Positions 1-12,389 of a stretch of 64,000 nt of DNA are shown piece after piece; within the stretch, counting starts at the first letter, position 1; each line of letters opens with the position of its first letter. Origin of the DNA: Mobula hypostoma (lineage: Eukaryota). A program made the translations under genes and the position numbers. The DNA lies in the NCBI RefSeq assembly GCF_963921235.1, contig NC_086097.1, positions 209,190,001-209,254,000 on the forward strand, read 5' to 3'. The notes beneath the pieces were generated by a model. It did not search any database. It worked only from the letters and a program-made list of their open reading frames with translations, and was not told where the DNA came from.

Positions 1-1990
1 ACACATTCTCCACAGTCAAGAAAGCTCACCAACATTTCTACTCTTTGAACCGGCTAAAGAGAGCTGGAGTTTGCACATCCATACTCGCGTCATTCTACAG
101 TTGTGCAGTAGACAGGATTCTAACAAGCTGCATCACTGCTTGGTATGGAAACTGCGGTGCAACAGACAGGAAGGCTTGACAATGGGTAGTCAAAACTGGC
201 CAGTGTACCACTGGCACCAGCCTACCTGCCATCAAGGACATATATACAGAAAGGTGCCAAAAAAGGACCAGTAACATCATGAAGGATCTCACACACACTT
301 TTGGACTCATGGACTTTTCAATCCCATCAAGGAACGGTGCATGTGGTATCCACACCAGGACCATCAGACTCAAAAACAGTTACCTTCCCCAAGCAGGAAG
401 GCTGATCAACACCTTCACCCACTAACTCCAGCACTACTTTATGAATTTCCCATCAGTCACCTTATGTGTAGCCTAGTATCACTTATTGCCATACAATCAA
501 TCTATGTTTATAAGTTATCTTATATATTTATACATATTTATTGTGTGTTTTTTTGTAATTATTATTTGTTCTGTATCTTTCTGTTTCTATGTCGCTTTCA
601 TTAACCTCACAAAGGCCTTTGACCTTGTGAGCAGAGACGCACTGTTCAAAATCCTTGCCAGGATCGGTTGTCCCTTGAGGCTCCTCAGGGTAGTTCATTC
701 ATTCCACACAGACATGAAAGGTATCGTTCAGTTTGACTGCTATTCTTCGGAGGCCTTCAACATCCACAGTGGTGTAAAGCAGGGCTGTGTGCTTGCCCCC
801 ACCCTGTTCGGCATCTTCTTTGCAGTCATACTAAAGCACGCCTTTGGAACATCAACGGATGGTGTCTCCCTCCACACCAGATCAGACAGGAGGCTGTTCA
901 GTCTGTCCTGGCTGAGGGCAAAAACCAAGGTTCATGAAGTACTCATCAGGGACATGTTGTTTGCAGACAACGCGGCACTAGCAACACACTCTGAAGAGCA
1001 ACTGCAACACCTCATGGACAGCTTCTCAATAGTCTGCCAGGACTTCAGCTTGACCATCAGCCTGAAGAAGACCAACATGTTGGGCCAAGGCGTTGAGCAC
1101 CCCCCTGCCATTACCATCAACAACTACGAGCTGGAGGTAATTCACCAGCTCACAAACCTTGGCTCCACCATCAGTCTCTCCCTAGACCCCGAGATCAGTA
1201 GACGGATCAGACAAGCAGCCTCAACATTCGCCAGGCTGACAAAGAGAGTCTGGGAGAACAGAAAGCTGATGACACATACCAAGGTTGCAGTCTACAGAGC
1301 CTGCATCCTCAGCCTCTACCCCAGACAAGAGTGGCGTCTCAACGCCTTCCACCTTCGCAGCCTGAGACGCATCCTGGACATCAAGTGGATTGACCGAGTC
1401 ACCAACAATGAGGTCCTGCTCCAACAACGCCGTCTCTGCTGGCTGGGTCACATACACCGCATGTCAGACTGGAGGACTCCGAAAGACCTGCTGTACGGGG
1501 AACTGGCCTCTGGCAAGAGAGCACAAGGGCAGCCCCATCTTCATTTCAAAGATGTCTGCAAGAGAGACAGGAAGTCACTGAAAATGAATGTCGAGAGGTG
1601 GGAGGACATTGCAAGCAATCACTCTCACTGGAGGCTGGAACGACACAGAGGTCTAAAAAGAGGAGGAGAGACGCTGAGGCTTGCTGCTGAAGGAAAGTGC
1701 ACTCGCTTAAAAAACAGCACCAAGACAACACTGGAGGACAGCTCCTTCATGTGCAGTCGCTGCAGCAGAGACTGTCACTCCTGTGTGGGCCTCTACAGCC
1801 ACAACAGACTCTACTAACACAGACTGAAGCAAGACTTTCCAGGCGCAGATCCATGGTCTCATGAGACTAACGGATGCCTCCACACTGTATCTTCTCTATT
1901 TTTTGTGTTGCATTAGATCAAGAATGCAATTACCTTTTTCTCCTTACACTTGTGTACGGAAAATGACATTAAATAATCTTGAATCTTGAA
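1..1990 (+). mobile_element. Rex1/Babar-type LINE 3' end, interrupted by an RTE insertion at 580-1884
   Basis: Decayed ORF2 C-terminus (KKAHQHFYSLNRLKRAG.../LKNSYLPQA) followed by a T-rich 3'UTR, which resumes after 1884 and ends in (aatcttg)n. Confidence 0.65.
580..1884 (+). mobile_element. 5'-truncated RTE-clade LINE (RT to C-terminal Cys/His motif)
   Basis: ORF 486..1817 has FINLTKAFDLVSR, GVKQGCVLAPTLF, LFADNAAL, RLCWLGHIHRM and terminal CSRC...GLYSH. Candidate 9-bp TSD CTGTATCTT at 571-579 and 1885-1893. Confidence 0.9.
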
Positions 1991-2659
1991 GATCCCAAAC
2001 ACAAAGTACAGTAAATTTATTATTAAGTTATGTACTGTGTATGTCACCATAAACTATCTTGAGATCCATTTTCTTGCAGACATTTTACACTGATGAAGGT
2101 GTAATTTTGGCATTACATAATGCAGGGAATTCTAAACTTTTTTAAGCAAATACTGAATCTTGAGACTTCTACAGCAGAGGAAGGAATCATTTGTCTGTTC
2201 CTTCAGTCGCATTCACCTACATTTTTCCTGTGACCCCATTACATTCTCTTTTGTAATCTACAGTTGATTGTGTTTCCAACTGCAATTACAAGCAACGAGT
2301 ATCAGAGATTAACCACTCCCTACATAAAAGGAAACTTTATCTCACACCTTGGGAACAGCTAATGGAAACAGCTTTTCTCCATGTAATCCTATCATAAACC
2401 CAAACATCTTTATCAAGCCTCCTTTAAACTATCTTTGCTTCAAGGAAAATAATCCCAATTTCTGAAGTCTAACTTTAACTATATTGAAGCACAGTTCTGT
2501 TCTTTAAAAAAGAGTGTGTAAAAATACGACTAAATGTGCTCAAGCATATGAAAGTGAATAATTATTGGAAAACTAATGGAATAATGTAGTTTATTACTTT
2601 GGCAATTGAACACCTTTCATGGCTGAAGCATACAAACTTACAAATTTTGTGGTCAATCC

Positions 2660-3150
2660 TGTAAGGAATAACTGATAGAGTTTTCCTAATTACTTGTTGG
2701 CTCTACTAATGGCCGACAACACCAGTGTGCTGTGTTTTTTGGTATTGCAAGTGATCTGTTGATGGTAATTGTTTAGTGATTTTTTTTCAGACTGGCCTGG
2801 TTAAAATCTCCCAAAATGATGGTGAAGGCATTAGGGTGTGCTGTTTCATGCATGTTGATCCCATTGCTCAGACCATCTAAAGCCTGATTGACATTGGCCT
2901 GAGGTGGAACGTGTACCGTTACCAAAATTATTGCAGAAATCTCCCGTGGTAGGTAAAATGAATGGCACTTAACTGCAAGATATTCCAGGTCTAGTGAGCA
3001 GAATTGGGACACCACTGATATATTTGTGCTCAAGAGGAATTGAATCATGAGGCATACTCCTCCACCTCTGCTTTTGAGAGACTCTAAAGAACTTTCCTGA
3101 TGGTTTATAGTAAACCCGTCAATCTGAATCACTGCATCCGGTATGGAATG
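2660..3150 (-). mobile_element. Rex1/Babar-type LINE endonuclease fragment
   Basis: ORF 2773..3204: SRGGGVCLMI, EYLAVKCHSFYLPRE, ILGDFNQASLKK. Confidence 0.8.
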
Positions 3151-3672
3151 GGTCACAAGTTCAAGTGCTTGCTTAACATCAAGGGCAGTCTTTCTCATTT
3201 TCAATTCAACTCTTTAGTCCTCATTTTGATCAGGGCTACAATAAATTGAAGTTTGGAGCCAAGTGGTCCTGGGGAAGCTCATATTGAGGAACAGATTGAT
3301 AACAAGTCACTTACACCAAATGCCTCGTTGATAATTATTGAAAGGAAGTTGATGATGTGGTAATTAACCTTACTGGATTTCTCCTGCTTTTTGCTGACAG
3401 GGACTACTTCCTGACTTATTGTGTCTTGCCAGTTTTTAAAGTATAGCAGAACTGTTCAGCTAAAGGCATACCCAATTCAAGAACACTGATCTGTTCTATA
3501 ATATTGCAGCTGTGATTTTGTGTGTGAGGAATATATATATTCATTACTCTTGGATGAGAATTCAAGAAAGATTTGAAGTTGAAACATGCATACTCCAAGC
3601 AGAAATTTCGGAAGGCCTTAATTTCATGCTTGTACATCCAGCTTACTGTATCATTTTGTTGGCACGTTTTAG

Positions 3673-3805
3673 ATCCGTTTACAGAATATTTTCTCGGGTA
3701 AAGAGTACTACTTTGCAGTTAACAGCTGGATGGATCGGAATCAAGATGATGGAGAGATTTGCAGAGAAATGCCTGTTTTGCAGTATGGTAAAGAAATATT
3801 CCCAG
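3673..3805 (+). CDS. RP1: Host gene internal exon 1 in window: C-terminal part of a PLAT/LH2 domain (IRLQNIFSGKEYYFAVNSWMDRNQDDGEICREMPVLQYGKEIFP)
   Basis: Acceptor ttttag|ATC and donor CCAG|gtatg; 133 nt, phase 0 to 1. Contains the PLAT-type F..N.W..R...DG.I.RE motif, and the phase joins the next exon (G+TG = Val). Confidence 0.85.
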
Positions 3806-4499
3806 GTATGATCTGCTTTGAGAATCTGCAGCTTATTTCTCTAGATATTATTTATTGGGGGTATATAGTACGCGTTCAAGTGGTACGTTCATTTGGTTTG
3901 TTGGTTCTGTGAACAATGATGTAAACTATCTGTGTTTTGGCTCTGCTATCCATCTGTTCACTATCTGTGAATCTGATTATAACCCAGATCAACTTCTTGA
4001 TGATTTTGAAGTCATATGAATCCAACTTTTCTGCTATGTCGTTAGCTTTGATGTTTAGTTTTGTCCTGTAGTTATGACCCTGATGGGGAGAGAACTTTGG
4101 ATTGCATGTTTTTGTTAGATTTATAATCATGTTTAATATTATTCATATTAAACAAAGAATTTACTTGAAAATCTCATTAATGGAAAGCCAAATGAATTCC
4201 TGAGCCTCGAATTTACACCTGCCACTTTGATTCCATTATAATTTTATCTGGAGTCCTTATAAAATAGGTTATTAACATATTGAGGCTGAGTACTTACACC
4301 AGGCAACATTGCACAGATGTTCTCCCAACAGAATAGACAAATCTTAGAGCAGGAAACTGCTTTTCTGAGGGATCCAAAGTCTTGTCTGACTCAAAGAAAG
4401 CAAATCTGGTTGTTGGGCATGAATTTCATGGTTGGTGGGGGTCAAGGACAATTGAGATGGAGGGCAATATTTACCTCCCCAGCACCAGTTCCACCTTTA

Positions 4500-5320
4500 G
4501 AATTTAGAATCATACAGCCTTTTTGGCCCCTGTCGCCCATGCCAACCACAAAGCATTAATCCTTTTTGCCATTAAACCTCTGTGCATTTTCTATCCAGTA
4601 CTTGTCCAAATGCCTCATAAATGTTGCAATTGTATCTATTTGTATCACTTCCTCTGGCATTGGCCTAGATTACCACCACAAATCTACTTTAAATTTGTCC
4701 CCTTTCATCTTAAACCTAAGCTCTCTTGTTCTAGTTTCTCCTGTCCTGAGCAAAATGTCTCTGACAATTTATCATATCTATGCTGCTTATAATTTTATAA
4801 ACCTTTATAAGCTGACTCTTCAGCCTCTCAAGTTCTAATGAGAATAAACTCAGCCTATCCAATCTCGCCTTACAAATACAGCCCTCCATTCCATTCAACA
4901 TCCTGGTGAATTTCTAATCCACACACTTCTCTATTACTACCACATCATTCCTGTAGTGTGGTGATGAGAACCGCATGCATATACAGGCTAATCAATGTTT
5001 TATACAGAAACGTGACATCCCAACTCAAACGCCTCAGCCAATGAAGGCAAGTATAGAGATGCCTTCTTCACTACCCTGTCCACTTGTTCTAACACTCTTA
5101 GCAAGCTACAGACTTGCACCCCAAGAACTCTCTGGGCGTCAACGCTACAAAGGTCCCTGCTATTTACTCTATGTGTCTGACCAGAATTTGACTTCTCAAA
5201 GTGTATTACCTCACACATTTCTGGATTAAATTCCACCTGCCACCAAGCCACGCTATTTTCCAGCTGATCTATGTCCAGATGTATACTTAGATTACCTTCT
5301 TTGCCATCTACAACACTGTC
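4500..5320 (-). mobile_element. Degenerate CR1 LINE 3' portion
   Basis: ORF 5000..5446 has WQVEFNPEMCEVIHF...VDRVVKKA; CR1-type 3'UTR near 4500-4560. Confidence 0.75.
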
Positions 5321-5863
5321 AATTTTCATCTCTCTTATGAATGTCTCAATAAGTAGAAACTTGATTCTTATCTTGCAAATTCCAACTTGCAGCTTTATAC
5401 AGAGAGTAAAATTTAAGTTTCTGACGTTTTGGCTTTTTATGGCCACATTTACTTTATGCTGAGTTTATTTCAGTAAACTAAATTCCAGGTGTAGGTTTAT
5501 ACCTTCCAACATTATGCCAAATAAATCCATCCATTGTGTAACAGCTTCTACATCTTCCTGCTCCTCGTCTAACCATTCACTCTGAATCTGATTTTCTGGT
5601 TCTGCAGAGAAATTTTGTCCTACCATTTAAGACAAATCTCTGTCCTTTCAGCATAACCTGAAAAACATTTCATTAGTACCCCTGCTTCTTATCTCACATT
5701 TTGATTTCAGTTTTCTTTTGCTTCTATTTTTATTTGTTTTAATATGTTAAATTACTTTGCTTTTTATTTGGTCCTGATTTTTGTGCTAATTCTTCTTGAT
5801 CTCCTTATACATATAATTTGCTATTGCTTAAGATCAAACTTGATTCTAACTTGGTTAACAACT

Positions 5864-5901
5864 TAGTCCTGACGAAGGGTCTCGGCCTGAAACGTCGACT
5901 G
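5864..5901 (+). ncRNA. Minimal type I hammerhead ribozyme (PLE-derived), intact core
   Basis: TAGTC-CTGACGA-A-GGGT ctcg GCCT-GAAA-CG-TC-GACTG: stem I UAGUC/GACUG, core CUGACGA and GAAA, palindromic ACGU stem III, GUC cleavage triplet (cut after 5896). Confidence 0.8.
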
Positions 5902-5959
5902 CGCCTCTTCCTATAGATGCTGCTTGGCCTGCTGCGTTCACCAGCAACTTTGATGTATG
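5867..5959 (+). mobile_element. 93-bp solo PLE pseudo-LTR fragment (hammerhead only)
   Basis: Matches the pLTR at 47100-47200. Flanked by perfect 11-bp direct repeat TAACAACTTAG (5856-5866, 5960-5970). Confidence 0.85.
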
Positions 5960-6060
5960 TAACAACTTAGCAACTGTATTAATTATGGCAAATTTGTTAA
6001 TTCATAAATACTGTAAATTATTAAAATGAAATTGATATTAATCAGTGTTCTTACTTTCAG

Positions 6061-6212
6061 TGACCCACTATGAGATCCTTATTGTAACTGGAGATCTTTG
6101 GAACGGTGGCACAGAAGCCAATGTCTTCATTATAATATATGGCAAGAGAGGTGATACAGGCTCAAGGCAGCTTCTTAGATCAAATAATCCACTGAAGTTT
6201 CGGAAGGGCCAG
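6061..6212 (+). CDS. RP1: Host gene exon 2: start of PLAT/LH2 domain (VTHYEILIVTGDLWNGGTEANVFIIIYGKRGDTGSRQLLRSNNPLKFRKGQ)
   Basis: Acceptor ctttcag|TG and donor CAG|gtttgg; 152 nt, phase 1 to 0. Classic PLAT start Y.I.V.TGD...GT.ANV.I.IYG..GDTG. Lies within ORF 6045..6239. Confidence 0.92.
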
Positions 6213-8069
6213 GTTTGGAGTTTAAATATTATAATCTAAATGCAAGCAGGCTATCAAGGTACCGTGATATGTTTTCCTATTGTAAGCTAAAAGATCGATC
6301 GTGATTTTTTTATTAGGTTAATCCCTGAGAAAATAAATTACTATTCAATATAAGTTCTTAGCTTGTGTATTTTAAAGGGCAATTTACCTCGAAGTTCATT
6401 GACATCTAGAAAGGACTACTGTAACAGTGGTGTACAACAGGTCAAAGATACATGTTTTTGTAGTGCTTGAAGCATCAAGTATTGACTGCTATAGAAAGAG
6501 CTTCACACAATTAATGTGCTAAAAGGTCTTTGCACTGAGGAAAATTGGTGATTCATTGCTGTGATTTGGGAAGGAGATGGGGAACAGAGGGAAATGAGTG
6601 TAAGGGAAAAGGAGTTGGAGGCTGTTATTTTGATCAGAGGAACTTGCTGACAGAAGATTTAATGACAATAACAATGTTGGAGAAAGACAGCAGGCTCACA
6701 ATCAGGTGAGGGTGAGAAGCATGAACAAAAAAAAAGGACTGGTTAGGTGAGGAGGAGTGGAGCAAGAGGTAAAAAAGGAGGTTAAAGTAAGTGGAAAGTT
6801 TGCAAAAACAGAGAACACTTGAGCGGTTTCTCAGCATCCAGCCCCACTGGCCTTTGACCTACTCCAGATTTCCTTTAAGTTAAGCCAAAATAGGTTTCAC
6901 ATATGCTGTGAAGGCCATCTATGTATGATTGTCCTGTGACATCCATGAATCATGTATGAATGAATACAAATTGCAAAAGAGATGGAATTGCACATGATAG
7001 AGTGTCTCAATTTGCTTGTGTACTGATAGCACAGAAAAACTTGAAATTAGAACGCAGTTATTTCAGTAAATTCCCAACTTGCTTTTCAAAACATTTTGTA
7101 CATCAAAATTTGTTTTGTATGGCACCTGGATAGAAAGGTACTGGAAGTTGCAGCATAGATCAGATAGATGAAATTACCTTGCTGTTTTGCCATAGATAAG
7201 ACATCTAATGCAGTCTTAATTTGTAAGCAGAGAATTTATACAAAAGATATCTATCTTGTGTTTTGTTTGCACTGAAATGTCAGTAATGAGGTTTTGGTTA
7301 TTCATTTTGCTCATTTCCATAAAAGGCTAGGCCTTTCTTTTCTTTTATTTCCTCTCCATCAACTGGTATAACTGATGCTTAATTCCTGCTCTAATACCTC
7401 CAATATACTGGCATCAATTAAACACATCAAAAAAGATACAGCCAGTTCATTGACATATGCAGTGTAATTTGTATGCACCTTGGCAGAGTTCGTAACCCTT
7501 TTACTGAAATTCTGCAGTTTGTTTGTGAGTTTCCTAACACATTTACAAAACTTGTCTCAGAGATATTTTACTGTTCATTGCCCTAGAACTTTCAAGTCAG
7601 CCACACCAGTAATTTCTTGGACTCTACCCATGATAAAAGGAAAAATGCAAGGCATCACTGGAGACAGCATCACAACAACACTGATCAACGCTCCCATACA
7701 CCTCCAGGACATTGGATAGGATACCTTCTGAGGAACTATGCTTCTTCAGAAAAGAAATAACCCTCCATTGTAATATTTTTGCATAAGATCTCAAGCAGCT
7801 GTTAGTTGTTCATACATCATTACATAAATGATGTGGATCCATAACCTTTCAATGGACAGAGCTCAAGGGTTCTACCTTTGTATGAAGTGCATCAAATATG
7901 GCATAGCATAAGGTACCTGGAACAGAGTAAGAATACACAAAGCTATTCACTGCTCTTACGTGGTTCTAAAGGCACCAACTTAGAAGTCATGTTCATGTCA
8001 ACAAGAGAGGGATCTACTTTCTGAATGTAGAAACAGTGATGCAAAACATATATTAGGCTACTGTTTAAT

Positions 8070-8882
8070 AATTACAGTTCAGACTTCAATACCATCATAC
8101 CATCATTACTAATCAATAAGTTTCAAAACCCGGGTTTCTGTACCTCCTTCTGCAACCAGATTCTTGACTTCCTCACTGGGCTGGTTGATTATCATTGCAA
8201 CAACAGCCTTGCAGTCGATGTCAGCAAGACAAAGGAATTGAGTGCGGATTTCAAGGAAGGGGAGTTGGGAGAACACATAGCCCACTGAGAGTTCAGCAGG
8301 GGAAAGGTTGAGCAGCTTCAAGTTTCTTAACATCTCAGATGATCTATCTGGGCCCAACCTGTTAATGCAATTACAAAGAAGGCACACCAGGAGATTGAGG
8401 AGATTCGGTATGTCATCAATGACTCTAGCACATTTTTATAGGTGTATGGTGAGGAGCATTTTGACTGGTTGCATCAGCACCTGGTGTGGAGGCTTCAATG
8501 CAAAGGATCAAATATAGCTACAGATGGTTGTGTACTCAACTGACTTCATCCTGGACACACACCTCCCCTTATTGAGGATATCTTCAAAAGGCAATGCTTC
8601 AAGAAAGTAGCAATCCATCATTCAGGACCTTCACCACATGACACGTGCATTCTTCTCATTACTAAGGGAGGCGGTGCAGAAGCATGAAGACCAATATTTG
8701 GGAACAATCTTAGGAAGAGATCTGCCATCAGATTTCTGAATAGTCCATGAACCCACTAACACTTCACTATTCCTCTTTTGCATGATTAATTTATTGTAAC
8801 TTATTGTCATTTTTTGCACTATACCACTGACACAAAACAACAAATTTTATGTAATGTATGTCAGTGATAATAAACTTGATTC
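8070..8882 (+). mobile_element. Degenerate Rex1/Babar LINE 3' portion
   Basis: ORF 8308..8517: SSFKFL.ISDDLS...RRLRRFGMS...FYRC.V.SILTGCI; tail gataataaacttgattc. Confidence 0.75.
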
Positions 8883-10528
8883 ACTATGTATTAACACACT
8901 GGAGGTAGGAGGCTGCCACACACTGTGCCAATCATTAGGTCGTCAAACACATAGCTGAATAGATACATACAGTATATCAAGAAGTCACAACATACCATAG
9001 ATTTTCTAAATGCTCAATTCATCTGGAGAAGTGTGCAGGGACCTTGAATGCGCTGAAGATGCACTATTGCTAGCAGTCTGCATAGCTCATTGGTTTACGT
9101 TTCAGGAGATGATCAGTCTGGACATATCTCGCCAGGAAGCCATTGAATTGAAAGATCCTGAGCTGCATGTTCCAAAGCCCTTTGGTGATGCCTGTTCAGA
9201 TGTATGTCCATTTGAAGCTGTCGGGGTTGTTAGAAGAAACTCCTTATAGAGGTCTTCAGTACCTAATTATCTCCATATCCACTCTTCCCTATTCTTGCCA
9301 ATAAAATTGCATAGAAACCGAATGTCACCCAGTTCATGCCAACATAGTCTGATCTGATCTTACTGCCTTATACTCTGAACTGATTCTTCAATTATATCTT
9401 TTGAATGGATAAACATACACTAACTGTACCTTATCCTGTATGGTTAGCAGCACCTGATCAACAAATAAGTGAGCAATAACTGATAACAACTATACTAACA
9501 AACCTCCATGAAGAGTAAAGCACAGAATATGTGTACATTCAAATTTATCTCTAAATCTGCAAATACATCTTTATAGAACTGAATACACGGTGATATTTAA
9601 ATAGATCTCTGTAAGAGAACAAGTGCAGAGTCAATCATAATAATACAAAAGAGCTTCCTCATAGTAGCTAGAGAAAATGCACTTTGATCTTAACATGGTC
9701 AATACACAGAAGATTACTGTCCTATTTCCATCGTCATGTAGTGCAACAATGACTGCACTTCAGAGTGGAGTGTAACCCTGAGTGGAGACTCTGATTGTTC
9801 TGCATTCCTGATGATCCAGCATCTGACTCAGTGGTCAGGAATGAGAGCCACAGATCTGGTTTATGGGTCAAGTTTTTTTTTGTTAAAGCCAGAAATGGAG
9901 CCTGGAGCAGCAGATGTCAGGAATCTGGGTAGGTTTGCAGCTGGAACTGCTTGTATATTTTCTGCTTCCTTTAAATTCACCTGGTTAACTGGAAAATCAC
10001 CCTGATGTAAAAAGAAATTAAATGAAAACGTGTTTGCAGAACTAGCATCTAGAACTATCTGGAAAATCTTCTAGACTGAAACTATCAAAGATGTAAGGGT
10101 GCCATATTATTAGTTATGATGATATTTGTACATCTGTGCACTTGACATGTTACTGTGACACTGTAAATTCCTTTGAGATCAATAAAGTATTTATCTATCT
10201 ATCTATCTTATGCAAGTGTACAGATGCTGAAAGATGTTATGTAATTATAAGACTTTTTTCACATTTTGTACCTTTCTATTGTCTATATTAATAATACCTG
10301 TAGGAGCAATAAGGTGGAAGATGGTGTTAATGGTCCAACTTAGGAAACCCATCCTATCTCAGAAGTCAATGTCCTATTCTGTTAATTAGTCAACAAATGA
10401 CCAATCTGGTTACCATAGTGATAGTGAATTGAGTAAAGGCTTTGTATATTTGTATTATTCTGACACTGTAAGATTGATTATTAAAGTTTATAATACCACT
10501 CATAACCTTTTTATGCTATTTGTTACAG

Positions 10529-10607
10529 ACTGATATCTTCTCATTGAAAGCTGTACACCTTGGCAAACTACAAAAGCTTGTAGTTGGCCATGATGGGCTA
10601 GGTGCAG
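10529..10607 (+). CDS. RP1: Host gene exon 3: PLAT middle (TDIFSLKAVHLGKLQKLVVGHDGLGAG)
   Basis: Acceptor tgttacag|ACT and donor GCAG|gtcag; 79 nt, phase 0 to 1. PLAT motif D.F...A..LG.L....GHD. Confidence 0.92.
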
Positions 10608-10856
10608 GTCAGAACCAGTCCTTGTTTTTCATTGTCTAACTTTGACAAGTTGCATTTCAGCTAATTGTAACTTTTCTCAAACCATTCTACTTCAGCATCC
10701 ACAAATGTTCTGTCTTCCTCAGTAGTGATGAGGGAATTATCTAGATTGCATTGAATCACAGGAATCCTTTTACTGCCTTTGGTCCTGTACTGTAAAATCT
10801 TTGGTGCTATCTTAATCATAATTCTCAATCATCAGCTGTGACTCCATGCAACTATA

Positions 10857-11359
10857 CCCAGTAGCCACTTGATTAGGTATACATGTATTTATTCTCATTT
10901 ATACAAATATCTAATCAGCCAATTATATGGCAGCAACTCAATGCATACTGTAAAAACATGCGAGCATGGTCAAAAAGTGCAGTTGTTGTTCAGACTAAAC
11001 ATCAGAATGGAGAAGAATGGTGCCAGATGGGGTGCTTTGAGTATCTCAGAACATGCTGACCTCATGGGATTTTCACACAAAACAGTCTCTAAAGTTTACA
11101 GAGAGTTGTGTGAAAAGTAAAAAGCATCCAGTGTGAGCAGCAGTTCTGTGACCTAAAATGCCTTGTTACTGAGAGAGGTCAGAGGAGAATGGCCAGACTG
11201 CTCCAAGCTGACAGGAAGGCAAAAGTACCTCAAATACCACCTGTTACAACAGTGGTGTGCTTAAGAACATCTTTGAACCTTGAAGTGGATGGTCTAAACC
11301 AGCAGAAGACCATGAAAGTACACTCAGTGGCCACTTTATTAGCTACAGGAAGTCCCTAA
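10857..11359 (+). mobile_element. Tc1/mariner-derived non-autonomous DNA transposon
   Basis: TA plus TIR-like cagtRgccacttKattagStaY at 10859 and 11325. Transposase HTH remnant GARWGALSISEHADLMGFSHKTVSKVYRE. Confidence 0.7.
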
Positions 11360-11364
11360 GAAAG

Positions 11365-12198
11365 GATCTTGAGCAGTTAAGATCAGACATCTGGTAAGAT
11401 GGTGGTACACTTGGAAGCAGTGACCTCTACGTGGCCAACCAAAGGTGATATTGTCTTTTTTAAACATCTTCTTTGTGATTGCAAGACACTGCTGGACATT
11501 AAGGACTTCAAGTACTGCAGGCCAATCCGTCAACAAGTTGCTCATTGGTATAGGAGCTGGAGAAGCTGGACTTGGTGTTGACTGTATTGCTACCTGCTAC
11601 AGAGGCACGTTGAAGTCAGTGTGTGAAGGTGGTGTGCAGTCTAACAGTGAGTGTTTGTCTTAGTCGTTATTCTTGTGATCGCAAGACTCTGTTAACAAAT
11701 TTCACGACACCCATGCCGGTGATAATAAACCTGATTCTGTTGGACATTGCTAATGTGGAATGCTGCAAATCCAGTTCACTGTTTTACTGGAAGGACTGGC
11801 AGCGGGAGAGCTGCATGGCCTCGGTTGTAGCATGGACTGGGCCTGGGGCCACGGTGTCACCTGATGTAGACGTCCAGGGGACACCAGAGGCAGTGGTGTG
11901 CCATATTCATGCTGGCATCAGCGCTGTCTCCAGTGGTTACTCGATGGAAGACAAGTTGGATTGCGTTCATCTGCAAGCAGCTGCTTGTTCCTGCCGACAA
12001 TATTCATGGACTTGGGCTTATATAGTATTTTTTGTGTGGCTGTATATTTGCTGCCATCTTTTATGCGCTATCTGTGCCTTGTACTGTGCAAGAATATTGG
12101 AGCTGTGTTTTACCTTGGCCCAGAAGGAATGGTCTTTTGTTTGGCTGTATCCATGGGTACTCACGTGCGGTTGAATGATAATCAAACTTGAACTTGAT
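11365..12198 (+). mobile_element. Probable non-autonomous retroposon with Rex/L2-type 3' tail
   Basis: Ends gttgaatgataatcaaacttgaacttga, similar to other Rex-type tails in the window. Internal repeat of tcttgtgatYgcaagac. No intact coding region. Confidence 0.4.
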
Positions 12199-12389
12199 GT
12201 ACTGTAGCTACTTTGTTTAAGTGATGTCATGCAAATGATAAGGCACAGGTCTAATATGCCTGAGGACATGTCTCTGTATGGAATTGTGTAAAGGTGCTCA
12301 TAAAATGCTGAAAAAAAAATTGGAAGAACTTCAGGTGCTGTTAACAGAAGAATTCACTAAACGAATCCCTTCTGCCCACATAATGTCCA

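Noticed and set aside
486..600. Hydrophobic N-terminus of the 443-aa ORF as a signal or membrane segment of a domesticated RT
   Set aside because: It is read-through of the T-rich 3'UTR of the Rex element into which the truncated RTE inserted; the TSD marks the junction.
9010..9249. 79-aa + strand ORF with a tttcag acceptor as an extra host exon
   Set aside because: Exons 2 and 3 already join into an uninterrupted PLAT domain, the frame ends in a stop with no convincing donor, and the peptide has no recognisable motif.
11623..12174. 183-aa ORF as a host protein
   Set aside because: Lies in a repeat-like segment ending in a Rex/L2-type tail; Cys/Trp-rich low-information translation with no compatible splice phases.
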